The notes under the pieces are model-generated. The model saw only the letters and a list, made by a program, of their open reading frames with translations. It had not been told where the DNA came from and made no database searches. A stretch of 63,904 nucleotides of DNA, the filler included, from Hyphochytrium catenoides (taxonomy: Eukaryota > Protista > Hyphochytriomycota): the NCBI GenBank assembly GCA_900088475.1. It is 11 parts of 11 records of this genome, joined end to end, with 100 filler letters (N's around TTAATTAATTAA, not from the genome) between each part and the next. Parts side by side here need not be neighbours in the genome. Positions count along the whole stretch, not along the records: positions 1 to 7,495 come from FLMG01002671.1; positions 7,596 to 8,927 come from FLMG01000159.1; positions 9,028 to 10,392 come from FLMG01000194.1; positions 10,493 to 30,980 come from FLMG01000639.1; 7 more parts are not named here. One strand, 5' to 3'. A program made the translations under genes and the position numbers. Below are positions 1 through 11,296 of this stretch, one piece after another (the first letter of the stretch is position 1; every line of letters begins with the position of its first letter).

Positions 1-290
1 GTTAACAGCCATTGCTTTTCACGATCCTCTCACTCTTTCTATTGCCAGACAGTGCGAGAGATAAGCTTGAACAGTAGGCGAGAGACCCAAATCGACCAAC
101 GAACAGGAGCCGTGGAAGAAGGTTGACGGACCTAGTTAGTAGGAAGGGAAGGAACCGTTGATACATGAAAACTAACTGAAAGAGACCAAAAGAACAATCT
201 AGCTCACAAAAGATTCTTCCTCCCGGTGATCACGTCGTCAGCACCATCTCCCCAGCGTGGCGCAGAGAGTCTTTGACTACAACCATTGAC

Positions 291-2036
291 ATGACGCCAA
301 GTATTAGACTGCCTGAGACATGTGAGAAAAGAAAATGTGAAAAGGAGTCGCATTCATTCATGCAAGGGAGGGTAAAGAGAGACGAGTCCTATCTCACTTC
401 TAACAAGTCTGAGCCCGATCTGACAATCGAGGCAGCAGAGGAACGTGTACCAGACCTAATATGGGCCGATATCTTTGACTCCCTTGATACTTTGGGAGAG
501 AAGAGAGTCTTCCCTCAGGACATTCTTCTCGCTCTCTCGAAGGCAGGACTCCAACGCTCAGACCCTCGTCTGCAAGCTTTTTGCGCAAATCTGCAGCGCC
601 ATCAGACACTTACTAAGTCTGCGTTTATGCATCTTTGCAGCTCAACTAGTAGCTCATCGAGCATCATACAAAGAGCTCTGCAGGCAAGCCTTATCATACC
701 TGACTTCCACACATTCACCTCAGAAGTGGAACGGCTGTACCAGAAGGTCAAGATAGAAGGAAAAGGAGAGGGAGAAGTTGCGAGCTACATTCCTCAGCTC
801 GCAGAAGTTGACCCGGAGGCTTTTGGGATCTCTATTTGCACCATAGATGGCCAATGCTTCTCTCGTGGAGATTCTCTCTCTCCGTTCAGTGTTCAGTCGT
901 GCTCCAAGCCCATCAGCTATCTCATGGCTCTGGCGCAGCATGGAAGAGACAAAGTTCATCGCTACGTAGGCAGAGAGCCCAGCGGAACAAGCTTCAATGC
1001 AATAGGACTCGATAGTCAGAATCGGCCCCACAATCCCATGATAAACTCTGGAGCCATCCTCTGCTCCGCCTTGGTTCATCCAGAGGAAGAAGCAGACATA
1101 AGAATGGGGAGAGTCCTTGACGTTTGGAAAAGGCTTTGCGGAAAGAATCTCCGTGAAGAGGAAGAGAGCGAATGTCAAGCAGGAAATAGGCGATCGATTG
1201 TGCTGAATACCGCTGTGTACGCATCGGAGAAGGCCACTGCGGACAGGAACTACGCTCTTGCTTACTTTATGAGGGAGAAGAAGGTCTTTCCTCCCAATAC
1301 CGACCTCCATGCCACACTCGACTTCTACTTTCGCTGCTGCTCCGTAGACATAACTTGCGAGGACCTAGCAGTTGCCAGTGCAACCCTAGCAAACGCCGGC
1401 ATCTGCCCATTGACGCAGGAGAGAGTATTCTCTGGAGAAGATGTGAAAGATACACTGTCCCTCTTACATTCGTGCGGAATGTATGACTTCTCAGGGGAAT
1501 TTGCTTTCCTCGTTGGCCTGCCAGCCAAGTCAGGTGTCAGCGGCGTCGTACTGGTTGTTATACCGAATCTCATGGGAATTGCGATCTGGTCTCCGCGGTT
1601 AGATCTATGCGGCAACTCTGTCAGAGGCGTGGGGTTTTGCAGAGAGCTCGTCAAGATCTTTAACTTTCATGTGTATGATTCGCTTATTGCACACCAAAGC
1701 AGGAAGGTTGACCCGCGACACAGCTTCGCAGACCTCACAGCACAAGGTCCGCTGCAGCTTTGTTGGGCTGCCTCAAAGGGAGATCTGCGGGAAGTACAGC
1801 GATTGGTAGCGTCTGGTGTGAGCGTAACAGAAGCCGATTATGACGGAAGGACACCGTTACATCTAGCAGCAGCAGAAGGACATGTCCCAATTATCCGATT
1901 CCTACTTAACAGAGGGGCGGACCCAACAGTCAAGGACAGATGGGGTGGGACGCCTCTAGATGATGCACGTACGCGCTCGAGAGCAGTTGCTGGAACCCTG
2001 CTGGAGCAGGCTCTGAATGCAAATGCTTTGGAATGA
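291..2036 (+). CDS. GLS: Glutaminase with C-terminal ankyrin repeats (kidney-type architecture), apparently intronless
   Basis: ASYIPQLA, catalytic FSVQSCSKP (SxxK), GREPSG, NPMINSGA, SCGMYDFSGEFAFLVGLPAKSGVSG. Ankyrins DYDGRTPLHLAAAEGH and DRWGGTPLDDA. First ATG at 291; the ORF track starts at TTG 273. Confidence 0.95.
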   Translation: MTPSIRLPETCEKRKCEKESHSFMQGRVKRDESYLTSNKSEPDLTIEAAEERVPDLIWADIFDSLDTLGEKRVFPQDILLALSKAGLQRSDPRLQAFCANLQRHQTLTKSAFMHLCSSTSSSSSIIQRALQASLIIPDFHTFTSEVERLYQKVKIEGKGEGEVASYIPQLAEVDPEAFGISICTIDGQCFSRGDSLSPFSVQSCSKPISYLMALAQHGRDKVHRYVGREPSGTSFNAIGLDSQNRPHNPMINSGAILCSALVHPEEEADIRMGRVLDVWKRLCGKNLREEEESECQAGNRRSIVLNTAVYASEKATADRNYALAYFMREKKVFPPNTDLHATLDFYFRCCSVDITCEDLAVASATLANAGICPLTQERVFSGEDVKDTLSLLHSCGMYDFSGEFAFLVGLPAKSGVSGVVLVVIPNLMGIAIWSPRLDLCGNSVRGVGFCRELVKIFNFHVYDSLIAHQSRKVDPRHSFADLTAQGPLQLCWAASKGDLREVQRLVASGVSVTEADYDGRTPLHLAAAEGHVPIIRFLLNRGADPTVKDRWGGTPLDDARTRSRAVAGTLLEQALNANALE

Positions 2037-2458
2037 TGGTCTTGCTTGAGCCAAGGGTTCCACCTTATTAGTTGGCTCCCCTCTAAAGCCATGTTCCTTC
2101 TTCGTGCTTCTTTGTTTCGTAGCACTCAGCCATTCCATTTGTTTGCCCGTCCCTGAGTTCGTGGTGGCTGGCCCTGACAACGCGGCCCTGCTATGGCACG
2201 GACATGAGGCTTGTCCTATGTTTCGCCAAATAGCCCTTCCCGATCTATTGCTACCCATATTTGAGCGTCACGGCATGCCTAGTATCATACTTTAGTTGTG
2301 TCTTTATCCTTTATTATTTGAATCAACTTATAGAAACACGTGTGATACCAGCGTCTTTACAATCTATGGGCCTCTGTCTCCATAAGTAGATCGCGCGTAG
2401 AGAGGCAGAGTCATATAGCACCTTACATGGAGATCTGAAGGAAGTGGCAGGTGATTGC

Positions 2459-4281
2459 TTAAGAGTGAAAAAGAAAAGCTGACCACGACAAAGTAGCGAG
2501 CACAAGGACGATACATGAGGATGTCAGGGAAGACGACGCAGAGGACTGCCCGGCTGCTTTTCCACTCTTCTGCTCCCCAACAGTTACGGCCTTGCCATTG
2601 CCACCCTGCAAACTCCCATCTCCTACGTTCTCCACCAGTGAGCCAGAGCCCGTCGGCGCGATCCAGTTAGATGCCTTTGAGCACGGCACAGCTTCAGACC
2701 CGTCAACAGGGATGTAGGAGCAGTAAACAGAGACAGCACCGCCTGGAGTCATGGTTGGGCCCCAACCCCAATTATTGTCGGTGGTCACCAGGTCCACCTT
2801 CATCCATCCTTTTGAGACAGATAGCTCCATAAAGCCATAGATTCCTCCTGAAGAGTACAGAGTCACCGCATCTTTCATTTGGTCGCTCACAGGTGCGGCA
2901 GATTCTGCAGTGATGCCTCCTCCCAGTCCGTTCATCACATGGTGCGTCTTTGTAGGCTTGTCATAGTCATGCGCAGCAGCGTGGGTGTGTCCACAGAGTA
3001 CCACATTGACCTTTCCACTGATTGTGCTCATGAGCTTCTGGTAAGCGGCATCAGCTGGCGTGAAGTGTCTCAGAGGGCAGTAGTGGGTGTTTACGATCCT
3101 CCAGTCAGCTTTAGAACTCGCTAAGTCTGCCGCTAGCTTTTGCATCGATTCGTCAAACCACGACTGAACCACTGCCACGCAGGCATCGTAGATGGGCTTG
3201 GGTGCACAGATGTCTGACCCCGGTGCAGCGTTGCGACAAAATCCACAAGCAGCCTTATTGTTCCCCTTCGCACATGTGAAAGGTGCGTCGGTACCATAGC
3301 CAAAGCACTGACAGCAGACCTCCTGCATGCCGTGCGTCGTTGCGACGTTGGTGTCCACCGTGTAAACCTCTACGGTGGTTCCACGATTGTCTGTGTAGGT
3401 CCGCTTGAAGTATGCACCCTCAAAAATCCATCGACCCGTGGGGCTCTTATAGTTCTTCGTCGCTTCAAAGTACGCTTGCATCGCTGCTGTGGCCTCTGAC
3501 GCGCTATTGCAAGGCTTGTGCCAGCTATCGTGCATATCAGTGGTGCCTGGATCGGTTCCACAAATGTACGCAGTGCCTCCAATGTCGTGATTCCCTAGGG
3601 TGATGAGCCAGTCAATGTTCATCAAGCTGGGGCTAGTGTACACATCCTCAAAGACAGCTCGGAAGACTTCACTACGAGGGTTGGCGACACCGTCCCAATA
3701 GAAGTTGTCGCCCTGAGTTAGCACTGCAGTGGGCTTTACACCCTCCGCGCTAGTTCCCATAAGATAAGCGATGGAACTCTGTGCCCACCAGTGACGCCAC
3801 CACTCCACCGAGTTGCACTCCACAAACGGCGCTTTCTCATTAACTCTGGAGCCCCACCCTTGCTGGGCCTGAGGGCACATCGGATTCTTACGAGTGCCAT
3901 CCGGGCCCTTGTCTTGAGAGCCTTGCCATTCTAGAGTTGCGCCAAAATCTCCCAGAGCTTGAAAGCGCAAGGTGAAGGTGTCTGAAAGGGAGGAGAAGCA
4001 CATAAAAAGACCGAGTGTTAGGATCTCCGTAAGCCCGAACGTCAGAGAAAGTTCAACTCTTGGTAAAAGACCCTTTTGTTAGAGGATTGGAAGGACGATA
4101 GGGACATTCTCGTGAAGTTCTCACCCTTGCCCGGGTTGACCCAACCACCAGCTGGAGCCACGGGAAGCCTTCCAGTGGCGAGTCTCCGCCTATCAGCACC
4201 CTCAGTCCTAGTGCTGCAAACAGTCCGCGGCACACCCAACACAGCTAATAACAGAGGTATCGAGACATGGATGAGCTTCAT
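2459..4281 (-). CDS. Secreted calcineurin-like metallophosphoesterase / tartrate-resistant acid phosphatase, 2 exons, probable GPI anchor
   Basis: join(4125..4281,2459..3981) with GT-AG intron 3982-4124 gives NPGK-DTFTLRFQALGDFG, 559 aa. Motifs GDFG, GDNFYW, LGNHD, NTHY, GHTH. N-terminal signal peptide; Ser-rich then hydrophobic C-terminus. Confidence 0.9.
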
Positions 4282-4624
4282 CTTGGGCCGTAGGTTTGGG
4301 CCGACGATGGCAATGACTGAGAGTGGAGCTGGCGATAGGCCGATGAAGCTTCAAGAGTGAGATCCAATGTGCCTTAGATCTCCTGGACTTGTCAGCCTCT
4401 GCAAGGACCCCAGCAGCCCTGTCAAGTCTCCAGCACACTGGACGCATCCCCTTCTCTCGCATCCTTTGCCTTACCGTCCTCCTCTCCTTTCAGTGCCTTG
4501 CTCCTGCTGCTGTTGCTGTCAGCTCTCTCCTTACTGAATTTCCTATGAATTGGCCCTCACCTCCTGTCGTCCATCATCCCTTTCTGCGTAACACTTCTAG
4601 GATACTCTTATACCCCTCTCTACA

Positions 4625-4626
<2 letters not shown>

Positions 4627-4682
<56 letters not shown>

Positions 4683-4710
4683 CGCTCTCGCTCTCGCTCG
4701 CTCTCTCTGT
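4627..4710 (+). repeat. (CT)n microsatellite grading into CTCG repeats
   Basis: Perfect CT run seen directly. Confidence 0.95.
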
Positions 4711-5053
4711 CTGTGCCGTTTCTCTCCTCTCCTGCCCACACTTTCTCTCTTATATCCTTTCTTTACATCTCTCTCTCGTCGACTAACCCCTTCTAATCTC
4801 TATCTCTCCCCATCTCTGTCTCATTCTGTCTCTCCCTCTGTCTCTGACCGCAGGAAGAGCCAGAGAGGGCAGTGATCACACTCTGCCTCCAGCCGCCAGT
4901 CCGACGCCACCACACGCGCTGCACTGCTGGACCAAAATTCTGATAATAAACCACCCTCCAGCCTGAATCTATGGCTTACTAGCCCTGAGTAGTCTGATCC
5001 TACGCCGTCCGTTATCTGCAGCAGGCAGGCGGGTTTCTATTTTGGGACCGCCT

Positions 5054-5095
5054 AGCCAATCAGAAGGCTCGCCTAAGATTGAGGAGCCAATCAGA
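5054..5095 (+). promoter_or_regulatory. Two CCAAT (NF-Y-type) boxes 31 bp apart
   Basis: AGCCAATCAGA at 5054-5064 and 5085-5095; target transcript unknown. Confidence 0.4.
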
Positions 5096-6270
5096 TGTAT
5101 TCAGGACGAAGGAGGTCATGAACCGTCCTGCGAACCCTGTACACAGTGATGATTCACGACATTGAGTGCAGACATAGATAGTGCCTCCATTATTATTCGT
5201 CAGTCATGAAGTTTGCTTTCGGGGATGACGAACATCTTTCTCGTAGTTCCTACTTTTTATAACGTACGAGAGAAGTGATGACGTCTAATCTAGGGTGAAT
5301 CGTCCTTACTCTCGTTCGGCGCAAAAAAAAAAAAACATTGCCAAAACCGCATTATTTATAAACATCGGTTTTTCTGAACTCTGCCAAACAAGCTGATGAT
5401 TATTTTTGAAGCTCAACTGGAAGATTTTATCGGCGCAGGTCACACTCCCTGGTCAGTGCACATCGCCGACCGCCGAAGCATCAAGTGGCTGTCGGGCACC
5501 TAAGATGAGCTGTAGGGCGTGAACCAGATCCAAAAGTGGGGAGGAGGTGTAGCCGAAAACATGACCTAGCAGGAGATGGGGCAGCGGTGGGTGACACACT
5601 GGTGCCACACTTGCAACGAGGCTCGGTGAGCTTTGGACCACTTCAGCGTTTGCACAAAACGTAAATACCTTCAAAATAGGTATTCCTGGTGCTTCGATCG
5701 CTGGTGGGGGCGCACCGAGAAAGTCTATGCGGCCCACATGTTTGACGTCTATCAAGAAGCGCCCGAGGATACGACAGATGTCTTTTGCCTTGCCAACTCT
5801 GGCTAACACTTCACTCTTGAAAGTCGTCATAGTGGAGGTGCGCCTTATTAGTAAAGCACGTTCTAACAGTGTTCTAAGCTCTTTTTGATATAGCCCTTAT
5901 TGTTGGACCATCTCGCAGTCAGCCAAGGACGAAGCGGAATAGTCCCTTGCCTCCTACTAACTATGTTCTCACCTTCATTAGCATCTTCTGTAAATGTTGC
6001 ACTCGACGCTCTTACTGGTTATCGTCATCTCAATAGTGGTCAAGAAGCTAAGAGAGGCGTAGGTAGAGGGGGGAGCACCACATCACCCACTAGGTAATGC
6101 GTGGAGACCGGGGGAAGAAGAAAGATAGCGGCCTAGGTCTTTATATTCTGTCACCTCTAAATGTGCCCGCAAGACGAAAAGTCAAGAAGAACTAACAGTA
6201 AGGAGACTGAAATGCCTCTACTATAGATACACAGAGCCCATCATTTATACATCTTTCATTATAGAGCCCC

Positions 6271-7495
6271 TCAAAAGTCAAAGGTGTGCTCTTCAAAGTG
6301 AATCCAGTAGGAAGGGTGGCTCTTCTGCAGCTGTTGAGATGTTGACCGCGCTGCAAAGATCAAAGAGGCAGGACCACACACACTGACACCAATACACCTG
6401 CGCAAAATATCTGCCTTCTGGATAGTTTGCTCCTCTTCGACTCCCTCCATATATTGCGTCACCGCCGCAATGGCATCGTTCTCCAAGGCTGGGCGGCGTC
6501 TGAAGACTTGAATGGCCTTACGATTCCCGAGAGCGGTGTCAGACATGTCATTTAGATGGTCGACCAGTTTCTGAAGAGCGAACAGCTCGCTGCTGCCGTT
6601 CTCCGAAGGTTGAGAAAGAAAGATCATAATCCTCGTTTGTGAGTTGAGAAGAACATCTTCCTCCCTAAGGCGCTGAAGGACTTCGTAGACCAGTCTCATA
6701 CTGCGACAGGACCATAACAGGCGAACCTCCTGCTTGAGTCCTCCTGACTGTCGCTTTTTATGCGCTTCGCTAAGTATGCTCATCATTGGAGTGATCCCTA
6801 CGCCACCCGCCACGAGCATTAGGAGGCCATAGGGGTCTCCATAAAGCGAGGTAGAGCCCATGGGACCCATGAGTCTCACCGCCGTTCCTGGCTTTATGGC
6901 GCCCTCAGCGATCTGCTGATGCAGTCTCCAAGTCCAGCTTCCCGGCCTTTCTGAGTGCTTGAAAATCAACCTCACGCAATCAGAAGATAGAGTGTCAGCA
7001 GAGCCTGTTCCCGCTTCTCTTGGTAAAGAGCCGCTCCCCAATGACGGTTCTGTAGCAGGATGAGAGGTGTCCGCGGCCGTTGTAGCGGTCTTCGGAGTGT
7101 TGACAGCGGTATAGTCTTCTGAAGAAGAGACCGCATGAGAAGAAGGCCGAAGTAGCTGCTTGTTACAGGCTGTCAATGAGAACGAAGCCACAGATAGAGG
7201 ATGAGAAATAGGAGTAATAGAAGGAACCGCAATGTTGACAAAGTCTCCACCATGTGGGCGGCGCCTGACAAGCTGGATCTCCTTAGGATCGACGTCTTTG
7301 ACGACCAGCTCGCAGTGATTCCGGTCAATAATATTAGCCTCATGAACATGTGCAGAACTCCAGTACTGTCGAAGGTACACTAGACAGTCAATGGCCCATA
7401 TGGCCGCGGGTACTGCCAGCATCACAAGAAGTGGATACTCGGTAGTGACATGCAGCACTGATAGCAGTAGAGCGGGGAACGCAAGCATGTGCGTG
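6271..7495 (-). CDS. Ferric reductase / NADPH oxidase family protein, 5' truncated by contig end
   Basis: Last TM helix with His pair (H...VLH), FAD motif HPLSVAS, GPMG, LVAGGVGITPMMSIL, WSCR, VSVCGP, C-terminal EEHTFDF. Confidence 0.9.
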
Positions 7496-7595
7496 NNNNN
7501 NNNNNNNNNNNNNNNNNNNNNNNNNNNNNNNNNNNNNNNTTAATTAATTAANNNNNNNNNNNNNNNNNNNNNNNNNNNNNNNNNNNNNNNNNNNN
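7496..7595. other. Artificial contig-joining spacer (one of ten)
   Basis: N44-TTAATTAATTAA-N44. Same spacer at 8928-9027, 10393-10492, 30981-31080, 33026-33125, 45344-45443, 54946-55045, 56049-56148, 57604-57703 and 58760-58859. Plain scaffold N-gaps at 49571-49650, 56642-56772 and 61538-61609. Confidence 0.98.
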
Positions 7596-8043
7596 AGAGA
7601 GAGAGAGAGAGAGACGTACACAGAGTGAGATCGTCAGAAAATTCAAGAGAGCGAGAGATATGGGGACATAAGGAGAAGATTGTTTTGAATGGATCATAGA
7701 AGATGAGGGAGAAGCGAGTGCCTTGCGCCAGGAGGACAAGGAGAGTGATAGGTAGACGTCGAAGGCAGGGCCAAACGACGGAAGACCGAGAAGATGAAAG
7801 AGAAAGTTGATTGGGAGATAAAAAGAAGAGAAACAGTAAGGGAGAGAAAGTAAGAAGAGCGGCTCTTGGTGAGACTGAAAGCGTGGAAGACAAAGAGACT
7901 CAATGGGAAGAAGTGCTGAGACCAGATGGGTCTTAATCCATTCCCATGAGCACTCTCTTCTCCCCTCGTTCTCTCTCTCTCTCTTCCATCACGCCTTTCT
8001 CTCTCTCTCTCTCTCTCTCTCTGCATGGTTCGTTTCTGCCTAC

Positions 8044-8256
8044 CTTGCTGCTCTCTGTCTTTCCTGCTCCACTCTCTCCTGAGATGACGACAGACTGGTT
8101 GGTCGGCATCTCCACTGAGGCGTTGTACGCCATCTGTTGGAAGGCCATCTCGGCCACGGCATAAGGGTGCGGATCAGCATTCCCATTGTTTAAGATAGAG
8201 CTGATAGAAGGGTCAGCGATAAACTGGAGCGGGTTTACGGCCACCAGGACGTTTGC
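8044..8256 (-). CDS. Myosin motor-domain exon (P-loop)
   Basis: 213-bp AG/GT-bounded exon: ANVLVAVNPL...PHPYAVAEMAFQQM...NQSVVISGESGAGKTESSK, flanked by GA/CT-rich introns. Confidence 0.93.
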
Positions 8257-9403
8257 CTGAGGAAGAGAGAGAGAGGGAGAACAAAAGAGAGAGAGAGAGA
8301 AGAAGAGAGAGAGAGAACGAGAAAGAGAACAAGAGAGAGAGAGAGGACAAAAGAGAGAGAGAGAGAACAAAAGAGAGAACAAAAGAGAGAGAGAGAGAGA
8401 GAAGAGAGAGGAAAAGGAAGGAAGAAGAAGATGAAAGAGAGATGGGAGGAGAGAAGGAACGATAAGTAAGAAGTAAAAGAGCGTATAAGGTAAGGACTGA
8501 CTTCTACGCCAGAGCGATCTGTTTGACAGACAGAGAAAAAGAGAGAATCCGTGACTCGAAAGAGGAAAAAGAGAGACAAAGAATCCATTGGGAAAAAAGA
8601 GGACAAGAAAGAAAGAATGTTGCTCTTGAGGAGAGGAGAGAAGAGAAAAAGAGAGAGAGATGTAAAGAGATAAAGAGCGAACTGGCAATGGGGAGTAAAG
8701 TAGACTAAACTAGAGAGAGAGAGAGAGAGACGTCACTGAGGGAGAAGATGATGCAGTGAGATCACCAAGTCGCGTAAGACAGAGAGACATAATAGCGGAA
8801 GAAAGTGAGATGGAGAGAGAAAGAAGTGGGAGAAGAGAATAACGGGCAGAAAGAGAGGAAACCAAAGAATAAAAGGAGACAAAGAGAGAAATGTAGAGAG
8901 CGATGTATTAAGAGAGAGAGAGAGAGANNNNNNNNNNNNNNNNNNNNNNNNNNNNNNNNNNNNNNNNNNNNTTAATTAATTAANNNNNNNNNNNNNNNNN
9001 NNNNNNNNNNNNNNNNNNNNNNNNNNNAGAGAGAGAAAGAGAAAGAGAAAGAGACAGAGAGAGAAAGAGAGAGAGAGAGAGAGAATGGGAGAAAAGAGGA
9101 AACAACGTAGAGCGGATGAGGTGGGAGGGAGAGAGAAAAACAAGGAGCGGGGAAAGAAAGAAAGAGAACCAGAGAGGGACGGTGAGACGAGTTATAGAGG
9201 AAGGAATGGAAAGGAGAGAAAGAGGTAGAGAGAGGGCAAGAAGAGAGAGAACAGACAGACCAAAGCAGAGAGAGGGGACGAGGCGGAGAAGAAGGAGAGA
9301 GAAAGAGAGCAAGTGAATGGGCCGTTCCCATGCCTCGTGTTGGACCATAGCAGCATACAAAAGACAAGAGCCGATGATTCTCACAAGGGAGAAAGAGCTT
9401 ACG

Positions 9404-9457
<54 letters not shown>

Positions 9458-9493
9458 ATTCTCCTTTTTCTTTGTCTTTCTCTCCTTTCTTAC

Positions 9494-9677
9494 CATCATT
9501 TCTCTTCTGCTGCCCGTGAAGCAGTGAACAACAACAGGAGGAAGCTCTCCTTTGGCTTGGAAAGGATGCAGCACCTCCATCAGAGCATCGTGAGCCTCTC
9601 TCTCGTGAAGAAAGAGAGGAAGTTGTAGCCGCACAGCCAGCTCGACCTTTGTTTGAGAGAGAGAAGAGAGAGAGAGA

Positions 9678-9718
<41 letters not shown>

Positions 9719-10071
9719 AAGAGAGGAGAGAGAAAGAGAGAGTACAGATAATCTTTGGTGAATACCAAAAAGGAGACAAAAAAAGAGATGACAGAGAGAG
9801 AGAGAAAAAGAGAGAAAGAAAGAAAGGAAAGTGGAGAGAGAAGACAAACGGAGAGACCGATGGGCTCTGTGGACCCGAATGAGAACGCCAAGAGAGAAAC
9901 AGAGAAGGAGAGAGAGAGGAAGAGAGACAAGAAGGAAAAGAGAGCAGGAGGCACTTTGGAGGTTGTCGGACAGTAACCTGTTTTTTGAAGACCTGGATCT
10001 GGGTGTCAGGAGGAGAGAAATTTCGATTGAAGTCGAGGCTGGAAGCGCGAGAGAGAGAGTGATAAGAAAGC

Positions 10072-10116
<45 letters not shown>

Positions 10117-10392
10117 AATGTTCCAGGCGTAAGAGGGGCTGAACGGTTGGGAGATGTAGAGACAGGAAAATGAGAACACAAAAAGACAGGGAGGAAAAGA
10201 GAGAGAAGGAGAGAAAACTCGGCGAAAACGGAACGGTGACAGGAAGGAAGAGGGCCCAAGAAGGAGAAAAAACAAGAGAGAGAGAGAGACAGAGAGACAG
10301 AGAACAGAGAGAGAGAGAGAGAAGAAGAGTACTCAGAGAACATTTGAAAGAGGCGAGAAGGAGACTGACCCACACTCTCCGACTGCTACGAT
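9494..10392 (-). CDS. tatD: TatD-family nuclease, three internal exons
   Basis: Exons 10370-10392, 9978-10038 and 9494-9646 splice in frame: IVAVGECGLDFNRNFSPPDTQIQVFKKQVELAVRLQLPLFLHEREAH...VVHCFTG. Confidence 0.92.
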
Positions 10393-11296
10393 NNNNNNNN
10401 NNNNNNNNNNNNNNNNNNNNNNNNNNNNNNNNNNNNTTAATTAATTAANNNNNNNNNNNNNNNNNNNNNNNNNNNNNNNNNNNNNNNNNNNNGAGTTCGT
10501 CAGCGTTCGCCGTAATTTCCAATTAACTTCCTTAAATTATGGAAATTAAAATTTCAAAATTGGAGTTAAAATTAAATAATTGCCCACCCCTGCTTACTAT
10601 TCGCTCTGTCAAAGGGACAAGAGAAGTTGAAGAAAAAAGATCCGGTAGGTAAAAGAATGGGCCAGACTTAAAGGGCGGACTAGACTGTTCACAGCCCGGA
10701 TTTGGAAAGGTTGACACTAACCGTGGGCGCCTTTCTGTTTCTGCAAGCCTCAAAATTTCTCAGCTGCGATTGGTCAGTTTTAGCTGACTAGTACTTCCTT
10801 ATTCCGGAGTATGTACTTTCCCGAGTTCTATCACAAGTGACTGGAAGAAACCCCTTGAGACTTTTTAATTATTCTTAGGCTGTCGACTTTTCCATTGCCT
10901 AAGGATTTCCGTGAGATTACAGTCTGTTCTTCCAAAAAGCGCTTTCTTTATCGCTCTCATTGCTATGAGTCAGAAGTCAGAACAGAAACAGCGGCGGAAG
11001 GGAAATGAGCTTGTTGTAGAAAGAGGAGGATAGTTCTAGAGGTCCAGACATCAGGAGAAAACGAGAGACAGCAAAGGAGGACAGAGAGGAAAGGGAGAGA
11101 AGGGAGAAAAAAAAAAACAAAGAATCGAGATGTGAGAAGGTAAAGACTTCTATGGACCGAATGACTGAACAAACGATAGACCTAATATTATTATTACCAG
11201 GAGGTGTGAGTGAGAGCAAGAAGCAAGAAAGCAAAAAGGGAGAAAAGACAGGGAGAGACGGTTGGAAGAGAGAAAAAGAGACGTGAAGAGAAAACA

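Noticed and set aside
5396-5830. Minus ORF 5453-5830 and an in-register plus frame with four stops (WCHTC...HFSVC)
   Set aside because: No recognisable family; four stops in 137 codons is near random expectation, so neither a pseudogene nor a recoding claim is supportable.
7540-7551. Recurring TTAATTAATTAA motif
   Set aside because: Synthetic six-frame-stop linker between contigs, not biology; ORFs ending in X...LIN are artefacts.
8972-10375. Long Leu/Ser or Arg/Glu-rich ORFs (also 7933-8688, 56226-57023, 58323-58815, 62590-63012)
   Set aside because: Translations of CT/GA/GAA microsatellites that lack stops; only the embedded exons are real.
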